Virus record (IMG/VR): IMGVR_UViG_3300042887_000976
Span: 13,673 to 77,672 of that record
Reading direction: 5' to 3' (one strand)
DNA: 64,000 nucleotides
Source: a virus
Shown in pieces: positions 15,866-25,803 of the stretch. Each line of letters begins with the position of its first letter. The stretch's first letter is position 1. The notes beneath the pieces were generated by a model. That model made no database searches, had not been told where the DNA came from, and saw only the letters and a program-made list of their open reading frames with translations. Position numbers and translations under genes: made by a program.

Positions 15866-17931
15866 CCTTTTGCCTCCGCCCAGGTACTTGCCATGTCACA
15901 GGACACACGAAGAGGAACACCTTGGATAATAGTATTATGCCCCATTGCCTTCATAAACAATTCTTTCATTTCTACTGCCTCTTCTATTGGAGCAACTGCT
16001 ATTAGTTCGTCATGAACCTGAACAAGGACTTTTAAGTTAGTCCCCTTAAAGGCTCGGTCAATGTCAATCATAGCCTGCTTGCAAAGGTCTGCTGCTGAAC
16101 CCTGAACCACCGCATTAACGGCTTGGCGCTCTGCACGGGACCTAAACTCTGAGTTGACGGAAAGGAGGTCAGGAAGCCTTCTACGCCTTCCTGTGATGGT
16201 TTCAACATAACCAAGCCTGCGTCCTTGTGCAACTACCTTCTGCTTCCATTCAGTGAGACCTGAGAATTGGCGGTAATACTCCTGAATCATATGTTGGGCT
16301 TGCTCAAAGGAGATACCAGTGGTGCGTGCCAACTTACCAGCGCCACCTCCATAAGCCGTTAGAAAGTTAACTCCCTTACCAATCTGGCGTTCCTCACTTG
16401 TTACGTCTTCTATTGACTTGCCAAAGAGTAGGGCAGCCGCACCAGTGTGAATGTCAATGTTGTTGTTAAAAACTTTAAGTAATTCTTTGTCTTGGGAAAA
16501 CATTGCCATTACCCGTAGTTCAATCTGGTCATAGTCGGCAACCAACATAGTTTGACCTTCAGGAGCAACAAACAGACTGCGAATACTTGATTCACGAGGG
16601 ATGTTTTGAAGGTTGGGTCCAGAAGATGACAAGCGACCAGTGGCTGTTCGGTGAAGGTGAAATGATGGGTGTAGGCGACCCTGGTTCAACTGAGGGATAA
16701 GACCATCAACATAAGTTGATTTAAGTTTTTTAGTTTCAGCCCAACCTAAAAGCATTGTAAGAGCAGGGTGCTTGTGCTCTAAAAACTTGAGACTCTCTTC
16801 GTCTACAGATGGTTGCCCTGTAGCCGTGGTCTTGTGTGGTTTAAGGGCTAAACCACCCTCACGCTTCTTATTAAACAAAAACTGTTGTTTATGTTTTGTA
16901 GAGTCAGGATTAAAGCCAATAGGAGTGTAATCAGACAAATCTAATAAAATAGTTTGTAACTTGGTATCTAACTCTTTTCCAAGATTTACTAACTGCCTTT
17001 CATTTACAGGAATGCCGTTGTTCTCCATATGCATAAGAACTTCCAACACTTGTGAGTCTTGGTAAAAACAACGAAGTAACCCTTCGTGGGTACAAATCTT
17101 GGGCCATAAACGCTGGTGCAAAAGCCATGTCCAACGAACGTCCAAGTGCACATACCTAATGGCCTTGTCGTAGGGAACAAAGTCAATGACTTTACCTAAC
17201 TTGCCATCACGAGCGTAAGCATCATGCTTACCGTAATTTTTCATAATGATGTTCTCAAGAGAGTAAGACATTAAATTCTCGTCTACAAGGTGTTGCATCA
17301 ACATGGTGTCGGCGTAGGGGCCAACAGGGATGTCTCCTCCGTAGTACTTGCTGATAGAACGAGCGTCAAACTTAACGTTCTGCCCAATCTTTACAAGAGA
17401 ATCGTCAAAGAACAATTCTTTTAAAGCACGAAAAACATCAGCCTTATTTAGTTGTTCAGGTGCTTCATCGTAAGTTGCAGGGATTACATACTTGGCTTTA
17501 GCCATAGACTCTTGCCCATTTTTGAGCAACTTTCTGTAACCCTCAGGTGGGGTGGTTGTACCATCCCCTACCTGTTCTGGTGTCAAAGTGATACCACGCT
17601 TGTGACCCATGGGAATAGCCCATGATTTACCAGCAGTGGCTAAACCAATCCAAAACACTTCATTGCGTAGAGGGTCAAGAGCCAAAGACTTTCTGTACTG
17701 TGCTTCAAAGTTTTCACGAGCACGATTAGCAATCTCAGGACTTGGATTCTTAAGAGTGGAAAGATGTTTCTTCCAATCTTGAATCATTACTTCTTCTACG
17801 TCAGGGTGGCGCTCTAAAACTCCACGGGTTTCAACGTCAAAAGCAAACATGCCAACGTTGCGAATCTCTTCAACAACGTTGGCAAGTTCGGCAAGACTTG
17901 AAATAACGTGGGGTGTTGACCCCACCGTCAT
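15862..17931 (-). CDS. polA: DNA polymerase family A (3'-5' exonuclease plus polymerase, no 5' nuclease)
   Basis: FDVET, GQNVKFD, TATGRLSSSGPNLQNIP, ADYDQIELR, KGVNFLTAYG, VQGSAAD, VHDE. Confidence 0.95.
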   Translation of the reverse strand: MTVGSTPHVISSLAELANVVEEIRNVGMFAFDVETRGVLERHPDVEEVMIQDWKKHLSTLKNPSPEIANRARENFEAQYRKSLALDPLRNEVFWIGLATAGKSWAIPMGHKRGITLTPEQVGDGTTTPPEGYRKLLKNGQESMAKAKYVIPATYDEAPEQLNKADVFRALKELFFDDSLVKIGQNVKFDARSISKYYGGDIPVGPYADTMLMQHLVDENLMSYSLENIIMKNYGKHDAYARDGKLGKVIDFVPYDKAIRYVHLDVRWTWLLHQRLWPKICTHEGLLRCFYQDSQVLEVLMHMENNGIPVNERQLVNLGKELDTKLQTILLDLSDYTPIGFNPDSTKHKQQFLFNKKREGGLALKPHKTTATGQPSVDEESLKFLEHKHPALTMLLGWAETKKLKSTYVDGLIPQLNQGRLHPSFHLHRTATGRLSSSGPNLQNIPRESSIRSLFVAPEGQTMLVADYDQIELRVMAMFSQDKELLKVFNNNIDIHTGAAALLFGKSIEDVTSEERQIGKGVNFLTAYGGGAGKLARTTGISFEQAQHMIQEYYRQFSGLTEWKQKVVAQGRRLGYVETITGRRRRLPDLLSVNSEFRSRAERQAVNAVVQGSAADLCKQAMIDIDRAFKGTNLKVLVQVHDELIAVAPIEEAVEMKELFMKAMGHNTIIQGVPLRVSCDMASTWAEAKG

Positions 17932-18578
17932 TAGACTTCTTCCGCTGCTATTGAAAGGAGGTCCGAACGATTCGGAATCTGAATGATGTCAGCGGTGTAC
18001 GCCTTCTCCGACCAGAGTGCATGGTCTGCATCTGTGAAAGAACTGATGCCCCACTCTTCAAGGTCACGGTCACGTACCAACTGGTGAGCGGTTGCACTAG
18101 TGGCACCCTTACCAGTCTTGCTGACTGCCCAGAAATGCTTAGACAAAGGTCCAGTGCGTGGGTCGTTGTGGAAGTTCTTCAACTGGTCAATGACACGAGG
18201 TCCAACTTCGTATGAACGTAGTGCGTGGTTGCCATCGCTGGCAAGAAGTACAACGTTAAAAGCAATACGAATAGATGGACGGTTGCCTGCGTCACAAAGT
18301 GGGCACTCATCAAACTCACCGATGCAAACGAATGATTTCTGACCTTGGCGCTCAACCCAGTGCTGTCGCCATGATGCGTATGGCTCATCGCTGAGAAACT
18401 TAATGATGATGGGCTCGTCCTCAATGCGGAGGCGAGTTGCGTAAGGGGAGTCTGCATCTTTTACAGCAGAGACACCTTCCCATCCCGAACGGATAATGCG
18501 GCGAGCAGCAGGTGCTGCGGCTGCGGGTGTTGGTGCAGAAGTTGGTACTTCTGCTTCTTCGTCAAAGTCGTGGGACAT
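17931..18578 (-). CDS. single-stranded DNA-binding protein (gp32-like)
   Basis: IIKFL..QHW..C....CPLC Zn site; position next to the polymerase. Confidence 0.65.
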   Translation of the reverse strand: MSHDFDEEAEVPTSAPTPAAAAPAARRIIRSGWEGVSAVKDADSPYATRLRIEDEPIIIKFLSDEPYASWRQHWVERQGQKSFVCIGEFDECPLCDAGNRPSIRIAFNVVLLASDGNHALRSYEVGPRVIDQLKNFHNDPRTGPLSKHFWAVSKTGKGATSATAHQLVRDRDLEEWGISSFTDADHALWSEKAYTADIIQIPNRSDLLSIAAEEV

Positions 18579-18591
18579 TTCTTTACTTTCG

Positions 18592-19026
18592 TTATCTAGG
18601 CCAGTTTTGTTTTATGTGTTGTTTGGCAGACTCCCATTGACAATGCAGTGGGTCATCCAATTGGAATCTTTCCACAGTATCAATGATAAAGTCAAGTTGC
18701 CTCAGACTATAAAGTCTGTGTCCTTTAGGTTCCGTACCTGGCAGTTGGGAACCTTCGGGAGGTGGTGTGCGGAAGTTAGCCTTTGGCAAGATGCCTCGGT
18801 ACTCCCACATACGGATGGTATTGGCTTTGCGACCTAACGCTTTACCAAATTCTCCAACCGTAAAAAACTGTTGGGCTTCACCGTTAATGATGAAGACCTT
18901 AGATTTTGCCCCATTGTATCGGTCAAAGCCGTGGGTCGCAACCTTCTTTTCAACAAGTTTATTTTTAGGTGGTGTCTTTCCAGGAAAATCAGGAAGGTCA
19001 CCAAATAAATCAAGAGGGTCTCTCAT
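18592..19026 (-). CDS. MerR-like HTH DNA-binding protein
   Basis: FTVGEFGKALGRKANTIRMWEYRGILP...HRLYS. Confidence 0.75.
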   Translation of the reverse strand: MRDPLDLFGDLPDFPGKTPPKNKLVEKKVATHGFDRYNGAKSKVFIINGEAQQFFTVGEFGKALGRKANTIRMWEYRGILPKANFRTPPPEGSQLPGTEPKGHRLYSLRQLDFIIDTVERFQLDDPLHCQWESAKQHIKQNWPR

Positions 19027-19412
19027 GCTTTGAAAGCCCAAGTTTCTTTCTCAATGTAAAACGCTTGGATAGTTTCTGCAACGTCATCGTTTTCCCAAGC
19101 AAGAGCAAGTAGTTTATCTTCGTCAAGCAGTTCTACGACACGCTTAAGGTCATCCCAGCGCCCTGTTTCGTGAGCCCAGTTATCTGCGGCACCTTCATCA
19201 AAAGAACGGCTTACACGGCGTTCGTACTTCAATTCAAGTGAGCCAACCTTGAGCCACTTGTGACCTTTGTCGTCTTCAAAACCTTGGTCTTTGATTGCTT
19301 CAATAAGTTCAGCCTTCATGTCGTTCTGACGCTTTGTCAGCATGTCAAGGGCTTCTTTGGATTTCTTAAATTCTTGTGCAAGTCGTTCGTAATAGTCAAT
19401 TGTTTTTTCCAT
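19023..19412 (-). CDS. hypothetical protein (coiled coil)
   Basis: 129 aa; GAGG RBS. Confidence 0.6.
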   Translation of the reverse strand: MEKTIDYYERLAQEFKKSKEALDMLTKRQNDMKAELIEAIKDQGFEDDKGHKWLKVGSLELKYERRVSRSFDEGAADNWAHETGRWDDLKRVVELLDEDKLLALAWENDDVAETIQAFYIEKETWAFKA

Positions 19413-19413
19413 G

Positions 19414-20958
19414 TTACACCTCTGAGTTAGCCATAAACTCTGTTAATGAGCCTACGTTTAGTTCAAACTTACCATGGCTGTCGTACCCTTTGTCAATAAA
19501 CGCACCATTAATTCCACGTTTTTGTTGAAGCATTTCGTACTGCCTTTCTTCAATAGAGCCTTTCATTACGAATGAAGTAATTGTAACGTGGGGGTGTATT
19601 GAAGATAAACGGATAATACGGGCATCCCGTTGGTCTAGTTTTCCAGCAGACCATGGGAGGTCGTAGGAAATGAGGTAGTTGGCGTTCGGTAAGTCCACGC
19701 CATACCCACCTGCGTCTGACGATAAAAAAAGACGGACATTTGGGTCAGTTGCAAACTTCTGTTTAGCAATGTCCCGTTCTTCAGCAGACATTCCTCCCAT
19801 GAATAAAACGCTTTCAGAAACTTTCTGCGTTGCTTCCTGGATAATCCGTAAGTTCTTTTTAAAGAATGAGAATAAAACAACCTTATTATTCGGGTCTTCA
19901 TCTAATACATCCTTAATGTATTCAAGTACTGCGTCTAGTTTAGGACTAGTTGCTGATTTAGTCAACCAACCGTGTGCAACCACATGGCTGGCGTACTCAC
20001 TACCATCAGATGTATTGGGGTCAAGGTACTTTTCTGCGGATTCAAAAACAAGTTGTGGGTTGTCACAAAGCATACGAAGAACTGTAAGTCGGGACATAAT
20101 CTGACCTTGGGCTTCTCCTCCTGCGCCAGTGTTGTAGTGAGCCCACAAGTCAAAACCTTTACCGTATTGGTTAACCGCCGATTGAAGTTCCTGGAGAAGG
20201 TCAGCCGCAATCATGCGGTATGCCTTACCACCTGAGTTATCAAATTGAACTGGAATAACTTGGTTAATAACCTTAGGAAGTTGGTCTTGGATGTCTTCAC
20301 GGGTACGGCGAACCATTACGTCACCAATCGTTTTGTTTAGTTGTTGTAAGTTTCTGTAACGCACGGGTTTGCCGTAACTGTCACGCACAATAAAGGTGTT
20401 ATCAAAGATGTCAAACCGACCAAGAACATTAGGGTTTACAAACTGCATGATAGAAAACAGTTCTTCAGGACGATTTTCAATAGGCTGGCCTGTCAATGCA
20501 AAACGATAATGGCAAGTCTTACCAAGCCGTTTAAGTAACTTAGAACGTTTAGCACTAAACGATTTAATGATAGTGGCTTCATCAATAACCATTGCATCAA
20601 AGGCTGCTTTTTTAAACAATGGTTCATCGTGGATAAGCATCTCAGGATTAATGATTGTGTATTGAGCAGAACGAGATAAACGCCAAAGGGCTTCACGTTC
20701 TTTGGGGGTGCCATCAATAACTACTGCACGAGATGTGGTGAACTTTTTGATTTCACGGAGCCATTGGTATTTTAAAGAAGAGGGAACAACGACAATGACA
20801 CGGTCAATATCTCCAACATCTAAAAGATGCTCAACAGCCGATAGGGTGGTTGGCGTTTTGCCTGCACCCATAACCATTGCAAGAAGGATTTGACCACGGT
20901 CAACCATCTTTTCTTGTGCTTCTTGTTGAAAAGGATAGAGAGTTCCTGTAAATGTCAT
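19414..20958 (-). CDS. SNF2-family helicase
   Basis: MGAGKT, IDEA, LTGQPIEN, GGYGVDL, QRDARIIR. Confidence 0.9.
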   Translation of the reverse strand: MTFTGTLYPFQQEAQEKMVDRGQILLAMVMGAGKTPTTLSAVEHLLDVGDIDRVIVVVPSSLKYQWLREIKKFTTSRAVVIDGTPKEREALWRLSRSAQYTIINPEMLIHDEPLFKKAAFDAMVIDEATIIKSFSAKRSKLLKRLGKTCHYRFALTGQPIENRPEELFSIMQFVNPNVLGRFDIFDNTFIVRDSYGKPVRYRNLQQLNKTIGDVMVRRTREDIQDQLPKVINQVIPVQFDNSGGKAYRMIAADLLQELQSAVNQYGKGFDLWAHYNTGAGGEAQGQIMSRLTVLRMLCDNPQLVFESAEKYLDPNTSDGSEYASHVVAHGWLTKSATSPKLDAVLEYIKDVLDEDPNNKVVLFSFFKKNLRIIQEATQKVSESVLFMGGMSAEERDIAKQKFATDPNVRLFLSSDAGGYGVDLPNANYLISYDLPWSAGKLDQRDARIIRLSSIHPHVTITSFVMKGSIEERQYEMLQQKRGINGAFIDKGYDSHGKFELNVGSLTEFMANSEV

Positions 20959-21869
20959 TTAAACCACTTTGGAATAGCAGAGGCTGAGGAAACGGCTTCT
21001 ACGATTTTATCGTCAGTCATATCCCCAATATCTTTTGCGTTAGTACCATCATAGTTTAGCCAAAGAACGCCCTTGCGAAAACGTGGCAAGGTATCAAATA
21101 ACTTTTTAGAAGCGGTAATACCTGCTTCATCATTGTCCATGGCAACAATCAAACGGTCAGCATATTGTTCTAGCAAGTTAATCTGAGTCGTGCTGATAGC
21201 AGCCCCAAAACTAGCGAGACCCTGAATTTCTGAATGAATGCTTGTAAGGCGAACAACATCTAAGGGTGACTCAAGCAAAATTGCAGTCCCTCCTTTAAAG
21301 CGTTCAAGACCAAATAAAGTTTCAGACTTCTTAACACCTACAGGGTAGTTACGAACCCACCCACTCTTTTTAGATTGCCACCCCAAAAGTTCTCGTTCAC
21401 GAGTAAACAAAGGAAGAACCCAACACTCATTCTTTGTATCCCAACGCACAGAGTGCAACCTACAGGCTTCTTCTGTAAGGTTTTTTGTTTGTAATACATC
21501 TTGAGGAATATCGGCAAACTTGGAGTACTGCACAATGTCCGCTTCTTGTCTATGCACAACAGTTGGCATAGTAAGACGTTCTAGTCCCATAGTTGCAATA
21601 GTTGCGTAGTAGTCATATGCAGGTTGGTCAGAACCTGTTAAGTCTTGTACAAGTCCCATTAGTGAACCACGAGCACCACAAGAAAAACAAATCCATGCTC
21701 CTGTTGAAGCATTCATAGACCATGAAGGAGACCCATCTGCTTTGCCAGTTCTTGTTATGTGTACAGGACAGCGACCACTAATCTCACGTTCACCAACATT
21801 AGTGACTTCAACACCAATGGAGGTAAGCACATCTACAAGACTAGTAGTACCAGTTTCCATGACTGTCAT
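20955..21869 (-). CDS. DNA primase (Zn finger plus TOPRIM)
   Basis: CPVH...CFSCG; LESPLD; MDNDEAG; KDIGD. Confidence 0.85.
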   Translation of the reverse strand: MTVMETGTTSLVDVLTSIGVEVTNVGEREISGRCPVHITRTGKADGSPSWSMNASTGAWICFSCGARGSLMGLVQDLTGSDQPAYDYYATIATMGLERLTMPTVVHRQEADIVQYSKFADIPQDVLQTKNLTEEACRLHSVRWDTKNECWVLPLFTRERELLGWQSKKSGWVRNYPVGVKKSETLFGLERFKGGTAILLESPLDVVRLTSIHSEIQGLASFGAAISTTQINLLEQYADRLIVAMDNDEAGITASKKLFDTLPRFRKGVLWLNYDGTNAKDIGDMTDDKIVEAVSSASAIPKWFK

Positions 21870-23091
21870 CTTCATCTACCTCCGTAAAGTCCATGTTGTC
21901 CCAATCCCATTTAATGCGCACTTCACCTTTAGGAGCAGTACGAGCAAGAAGGACTCGGATGATTGCTTGGTTATCAATGTCAGGGTCTGATTCAACACCC
22001 AACACTAAGTCAGAGTCTTGAGCAAACGAAGAGGTGTATCCAATTGCATCAGCAGTTACTTGACGAGTTTTCTTGTTCCCCAACTTCCATGACAACACCT
22101 GGGTTGTAATAACGATAGGGATATCAAAACGCTGTGCAAGACGCTTCAGAGAGCGTGTGATGTTAGTAAGCGCTTGTGGGCTACCTTTGGGTTCACCTTG
22201 CTCGTCATCCATCAAGTACACACCGTCAACAAACAGAACGCTTGGGCGATACTGCTGTACTTTTCCAGTCAGTGCTGAAACAGTTGTAAGAGAAGAAGTG
22301 TCTTCAGTCATTACGAAAGGGTGCATGTTCTTTTGAAGACGCAAAGCCTTTGACAACTTCTCCATGTCTTTTTGAGACATGTCTCCACGCAAGATGCGGG
22401 TATGCGAAACACCCGATAGCAGTGCGTCATAACGAGCAGTCTGCTCTTCAATACTCATTTCAAAAGAAACATACATTGGTGATGTTCCGTGCATGTGAGC
22501 AGCACTTGCCATGATGAGTGTCATTAATGACTTACCCTTTTTGGCTTCACCAACAAAAGTAATTAACTGTTGTGGACGTAACCCTGCGGTAATGCGGTCA
22601 AGACCTGTAAAACCAGTTGGTATACCACGCAATGAGTTTGGTGTGTTACGCATCTCTTCATAACGAGCAAGGCGTTCCTCCCAGTTACTAATGATGTCCA
22701 CATCCCGAAGGCGAGCAGTTTCTGTACTGGCACGTTGTAGACCTGCGGAAAGTTCTTTATAGGCTTCTTCAATGTGGTTGTTGTTCAACGCAGGCATCGC
22801 AGCCGCAATTGATTGAATCAAATGTTCACGTTTGAACGCTTCATAAATTTCATCTACAAGAGCAGAGAAAGGTTCAGCAGATGCATCCAGCAATAAAGTA
22901 TCTGCGTACTCTTGCTTAAACGCACGAGCAGATGGAACTGCACTGTGTTCACGCCAATATGAAAGAATCCAAATCCATACTTCAGAAAAGTTAGGGCTGA
23001 AGTGCGAAGGCTTGATACCTGCGTTTACAACTTCTGTAACCGATGATTCTTGGATGACTTTGCTAATTAAGAGATGTTCGGCGCTTGCCAT
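21841..23091 (-). CDS. dnaB: DnaB-like replicative helicase
   Basis: GIPTGF..LD, GEAKKGKS, SFEMS, FVDGVYLM, QDSD. Confidence 0.9.
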   Translation of the reverse strand: MASAEHLLISKVIQESSVTEVVNAGIKPSHFSPNFSEVWIWILSYWREHSAVPSARAFKQEYADTLLLDASAEPFSALVDEIYEAFKREHLIQSIAAAMPALNNNHIEEAYKELSAGLQRASTETARLRDVDIISNWEERLARYEEMRNTPNSLRGIPTGFTGLDRITAGLRPQQLITFVGEAKKGKSLMTLIMASAAHMHGTSPMYVSFEMSIEEQTARYDALLSGVSHTRILRGDMSQKDMEKLSKALRLQKNMHPFVMTEDTSSLTTVSALTGKVQQYRPSVLFVDGVYLMDDEQGEPKGSPQALTNITRSLKRLAQRFDIPIVITTQVLSWKLGNKKTRQVTADAIGYTSSFAQDSDLVLGVESDPDIDNQAIIRVLLARTAPKGEVRIKWDWDNMDFTEVDEDDSHGNWYY

Positions 23092-23516
23092 TACAGCATC
23101 CATGCTTTCTGTGGGTCAACTACTGTTGCACGGATACCAATGATAGCGGCCTGTTCTTGAGTAGGAACAAGTATCCTACGGATAGAATGCTTAAAACGCA
23201 AGTCGTATGCCAACTCTTCAATATTTGAGTAAGCAAGCACTGGCAGTGATACACCTTTGCGAAAGAACCAACTTTCAATTTCTTCAGGGTACGGCAAGAA
23301 AGTATAAATTTCTGTGCTAACGCCTAAACGGTCTGAGGTGTCAATCAATGCTTTCAAAGGTAGGTCATTAGGTTTCCAATGACGAATCTCTTTCTCAGCA
23401 GTTTCTGTACTGCGCTTAAAGATGTTGTACTTTTTATCAGGAGGAGTTGCAAGCAGTCCTTCAAAGATAACGCCCTGACCAGCGTCTACGCCAAGACTAA
23501 TATCGTTACCCTGCAC
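23091..23516 (-). CDS. hypothetical protein
   Basis: Start moved to GTG 23516 (VQGNDIS) to reduce overlap with the loader gene. Confidence 0.55.
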   Translation of the reverse strand: MQGNDISLGVDAGQGVIFEGLLATPPDKKYNIFKRSTETAEKEIRHWKPNDLPLKALIDTSDRLGVSTEIYTFLPYPEEIESWFFRKGVSLPVLAYSNIEELAYDLRFKHSIRRILVPTQEQAAIIGIRATVVDPQKAWML

Positions 23517-24147
23517 GGCGTGTCCTATAGTCCAGTCCTGCTGTTTCAATAATGAAACTGCTCTCATGGATGACTGATGCAAGGTGTTGCCCGTAGCGGT
23601 GTGCAATTGTGTCTGGTGTCAAAATAGAAGTGATAAGAGTTGTTTTCTTTTCTTCATAGCGATTGTCAATTAATGCTGCCAACGCACTGCGTGCGAAGTC
23701 AGTTGTTGTGCGTTCTGAGCCAAGACTGTCCAAAACAAGGATGTCAAAAGTACGGCGCATGTACATAAGCAAGTTTGGGTCTGAGTAGCCATCCGACAAC
23801 TCACCGTGGTTGCGAGTCTCGTCATAAACCATATCCAAGTAACGGTCAGCAGTAATAAAGATTCCTGAAAGCAAATTGTTTTGCAGGGCTTCTTTCAAGG
23901 CTGCTTGAACCAAGTGGGTCTTACCTGTACCTGTTGGCCCAAATAGAAAAATACCCATTCCATTTTGAACATGCTTTTCAGCAGAGCCAGACCACTTCTG
24001 TACACCTGCAAAAGAAGCAGGGTCTCCTTTATCCTGGTCATAAGTTGTAAAACTCTTATCTGCATAACGAGCAGGTACACGAGCATTTTTTAAACGTTCA
24101 TCTACTGGTCGGTTTCTCCAGTAGCGGTCGCTACGCCATTCAGCCAT
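23506..24147 (-). CDS. DnaC/IstB-like AAA+ helicase loader
   Basis: VPARY..SF..Y, GPTGTGKTHL, LVLDSLGSE, IDNRY..K.TLITS. Confidence 0.85.
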   Translation of the reverse strand: MAEWRSDRYWRNRPVDERLKNARVPARYADKSFTTYDQDKGDPASFAGVQKWSGSAEKHVQNGMGIFLFGPTGTGKTHLVQAALKEALQNNLLSGIFITADRYLDMVYDETRNHGELSDGYSDPNLLMYMRRTFDILVLDSLGSERTTTDFARSALAALIDNRYEEKKTTLITSILTPDTIAHRYGQHLASVIHESSFIIETAGLDYRTRRAG

Positions 24148-24563
24148 TAATCCTCCATCAATCTAGCGTCAAGTCCCCACTTGCCGTATTCTTCATTAGG
24201 GTTGCTGGTACGGAAACTTTGAGCAAGTGCGTCAAGGTCTCCCAAGAATACACGCCAAGCCAAAAGTTCTGGCTTTAAAGGTTTCGTCCGCAACTTACTA
24301 GCGAAGGTGTCAATCATGCCACGAATATCTGCGTGTGTAAAGCCCGCTTCAACAAGTTTTTTAAAACCTTTAATTAGGGCGGGACCATTGACGGGGGCAC
24401 CTATGCGAGCCATGGTTTCTATTGGCATTGCATTACTAAAATAATAAACTAATCCTGTTAGGCTATCCTGACGGGGTTTCTTCTTGGGGACTGCAACTTC
24501 TTTTGGGCTGTCGGGGTCACTCCCAATGGCGTTGCCCCAGTCATCATGATGTCGTGATGTCAT
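24147..24563 (-). CDS. hypothetical protein
   Basis: 138 aa coupled ORF in the replication operon. Confidence 0.6.
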   Translation of the reverse strand: MTSRHHDDWGNAIGSDPDSPKEVAVPKKKPRQDSLTGLVYYFSNAMPIETMARIGAPVNGPALIKGFKKLVEAGFTHADIRGMIDTFASKLRTKPLKPELLAWRVFLGDLDALAQSFRTSNPNEEYGKWGLDARLMED

Positions 24564-25051
24564 GACATCAACCTAGAGTCAATCCTCTCAAATCCTTTCT
24601 TCTTCTTTTCTTCTTGTTCTTTACTCTTGTTAGGGGTGTCAGGGGTGACACTACCTATGGTGTCAGGGGTGACACTACCTGGTGTCAGGGGTGACACTAG
24701 GGGGGTGGTATCACCAGTGACACCATCAGGCAGTTTAAAAGTGTTTGGATTGTTAAAGTTCATGGAGTAAATGTTGGGTGCATTGCGCCCACCTTTAGAG
24801 CGTTTTGTCTTTATAAGCACACCCATTTCACAGAGTTTCTGTATTGCCCTAATGACCGTGCTACGGCTCAAACCTGAGTTCTTTGCCAAGGTGTTGTAAC
24901 TAGCCCAGACGTTCTGGTCGGCATCTAGATAACAACACAAATGCATCAGAACTAACGCCGTAGTTCCATCGTCATTCAGGTACTGGAGTACCCACCGTGG
25001 AATAGCCAGAAAGGGCCCTGAGAAGCGATTTAAAGGGCGTTTAGTAGACAT
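24560..25051 (-). CDS. HTH replication initiator-like protein
   Basis: WASYNTLAKNSGLSRSTVIRAIQKLCEMG wHTH; internal DNA repeats; start at ATG 25051 after GGAGG. Confidence 0.75.
   Translation of the reverse strand: MSTKRPLNRFSGPFLAIPRWVLQYLNDDGTTALVLMHLCCYLDADQNVWASYNTLAKNSGLSRSTVIRAIQKLCEMGVLIKTKRSKGGRNAPNIYSMNFNNPNTFKLPDGVTGDTTPLVSPLTPGSVTPDTIGSVTPDTPNKSKEQEEKKKKGFERIDSRLMS
24635..24725. repeat. iteron cluster, probable replication origin
   Basis: GGTGTCAGGGGTGACACTA at 24635, 24659 and 24681, plus a degenerate copy at 24707; each is internally palindromic (GTGTCA-N4-TGACAC); flanked by a strand-asymmetric T/C tract at 24595-24630. Confidence 0.8.
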
Positions 25052-25074
25052 GTGGTACCTCCGTAGGGGTTGTA

Positions 25075-25103
25075 AGTGTACACCCACCTGAGGGCGTATG
25101 CAA
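25075..25103 (-). promoter_or_regulatory. SigA/sigma70 promoter of the replication operon
   Basis: TTGCAT, 17-nt spacer, TACACT. Confidence 0.7.
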
Positions 25104-25106
25104 CGC

Positions 25107-25118
25107 TATACTGGTTAA
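25107..25118 (+). promoter_or_regulatory. -10 element for leaderless plus-strand cassette
   Basis: TATACT-GGTTAA-ATG; divergent from the replication promoter. Confidence 0.6.
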
Positions 25119-25367
25119 ATGACTCAAGAGCCAGAATCTATTGATGTTACCCAAGATGGTGATGTTCACCACCTTGAAGATACGGGTGTAACCAAAGGGA
25201 TTAACTTCCTTAACTACCACGTTTTTAACAGTGGTGGCAAGCACCTTATGACTGGTACCGCTTTAGGTAAACGTAACCTTGAATTCCGCCGAGCAGAAGC
25301 CACATCGGGTGGCTGGCACTTTAAAGAGTGCACAGGCGATAACTGCAATCATGAAAGTCCTGAATAA
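25119..25367 (+). CDS. hypothetical protein
   Basis: 82 aa; first of four coupled plus-strand genes. Confidence 0.6.
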   Translation: MTQEPESIDVTQDGDVHHLEDTGVTKGINFLNYHVFNSGGKHLMTGTALGKRNLEFRRAEATSGGWHFKECTGDNCNHESPE

Positions 25368-25534
25368 TGGCTAGTAAAAAAGAAGTATGGGATAAACCAG
25401 ACCCATCTAAAAAAGATAAGAAGTTGACTCCTGAGCAGAAGTCCGAGGCTAAAGCCCGTGCCAAAGCAGCAGGTCGTCCTTACCCCAATCTCGTAGACAA
25501 CATGGCTGTGTCTAAGAAAGATAAAAAGAAGTAA
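25367..25534 (+). CDS. small basic phage protein (55 aa, not in ORF track)
   Basis: MASKKEVWDKPDP...KARAKAAGRPYPNLVDNM; TAATG overlaps at both ends. Confidence 0.7.
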   Translation: MASKKEVWDKPDPSKKDKKLTPEQKSEAKARAKAAGRPYPNLVDNMAVSKKDKKK

Positions 25535-25803
25535 TGGCTGCAAAGAAGCGAGACCCACGCTTGGAGCGTGCAGGTGTATCAGGTTTCAACAAACCAAAAG
25601 CAACACCTGACCATCCAACCAAATCACATATTGTTGTGGCTAAACAAGGCGACCAGATTAAGACCATCCGTTTTGGTCAGCAAGGTGTAGAAGGTTCACC
25701 TGATGGTTCTGCACGCAACAAAGCATTTAAAGACCGACATGCCAAGAACATTGCCAAAGGCAAGATGAGCGCTGCTTATTGGGCAAATAAGGAGAAATGG
25801 TGA
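25534..25803 (+). CDS. small basic phage protein
   Basis: KSHIVVAK...IRFGQQG...FKDRH...SAAYWA...W, a recurring phage family pattern. Confidence 0.75.
   Translation: MAAKKRDPRLERAGVSGFNKPKATPDHPTKSHIVVAKQGDQIKTIRFGQQGVEGSPDGSARNKAFKDRHAKNIAKGKMSAAYWANKEKW

Noticed and set aside
17400-17830. Possible intein in the PolA insertions
   Set aside because: No C/S...HN-[CST] splice junctions or LAGLIDADG motifs, and the insertions are too short.
24635-24725. Palindromic direct repeats as a mini-CRISPR array
   Set aside because: The gaps between repeats are only a few nucleotides and the repeats lie in frame inside an HTH initiator gene; iterons fit better.
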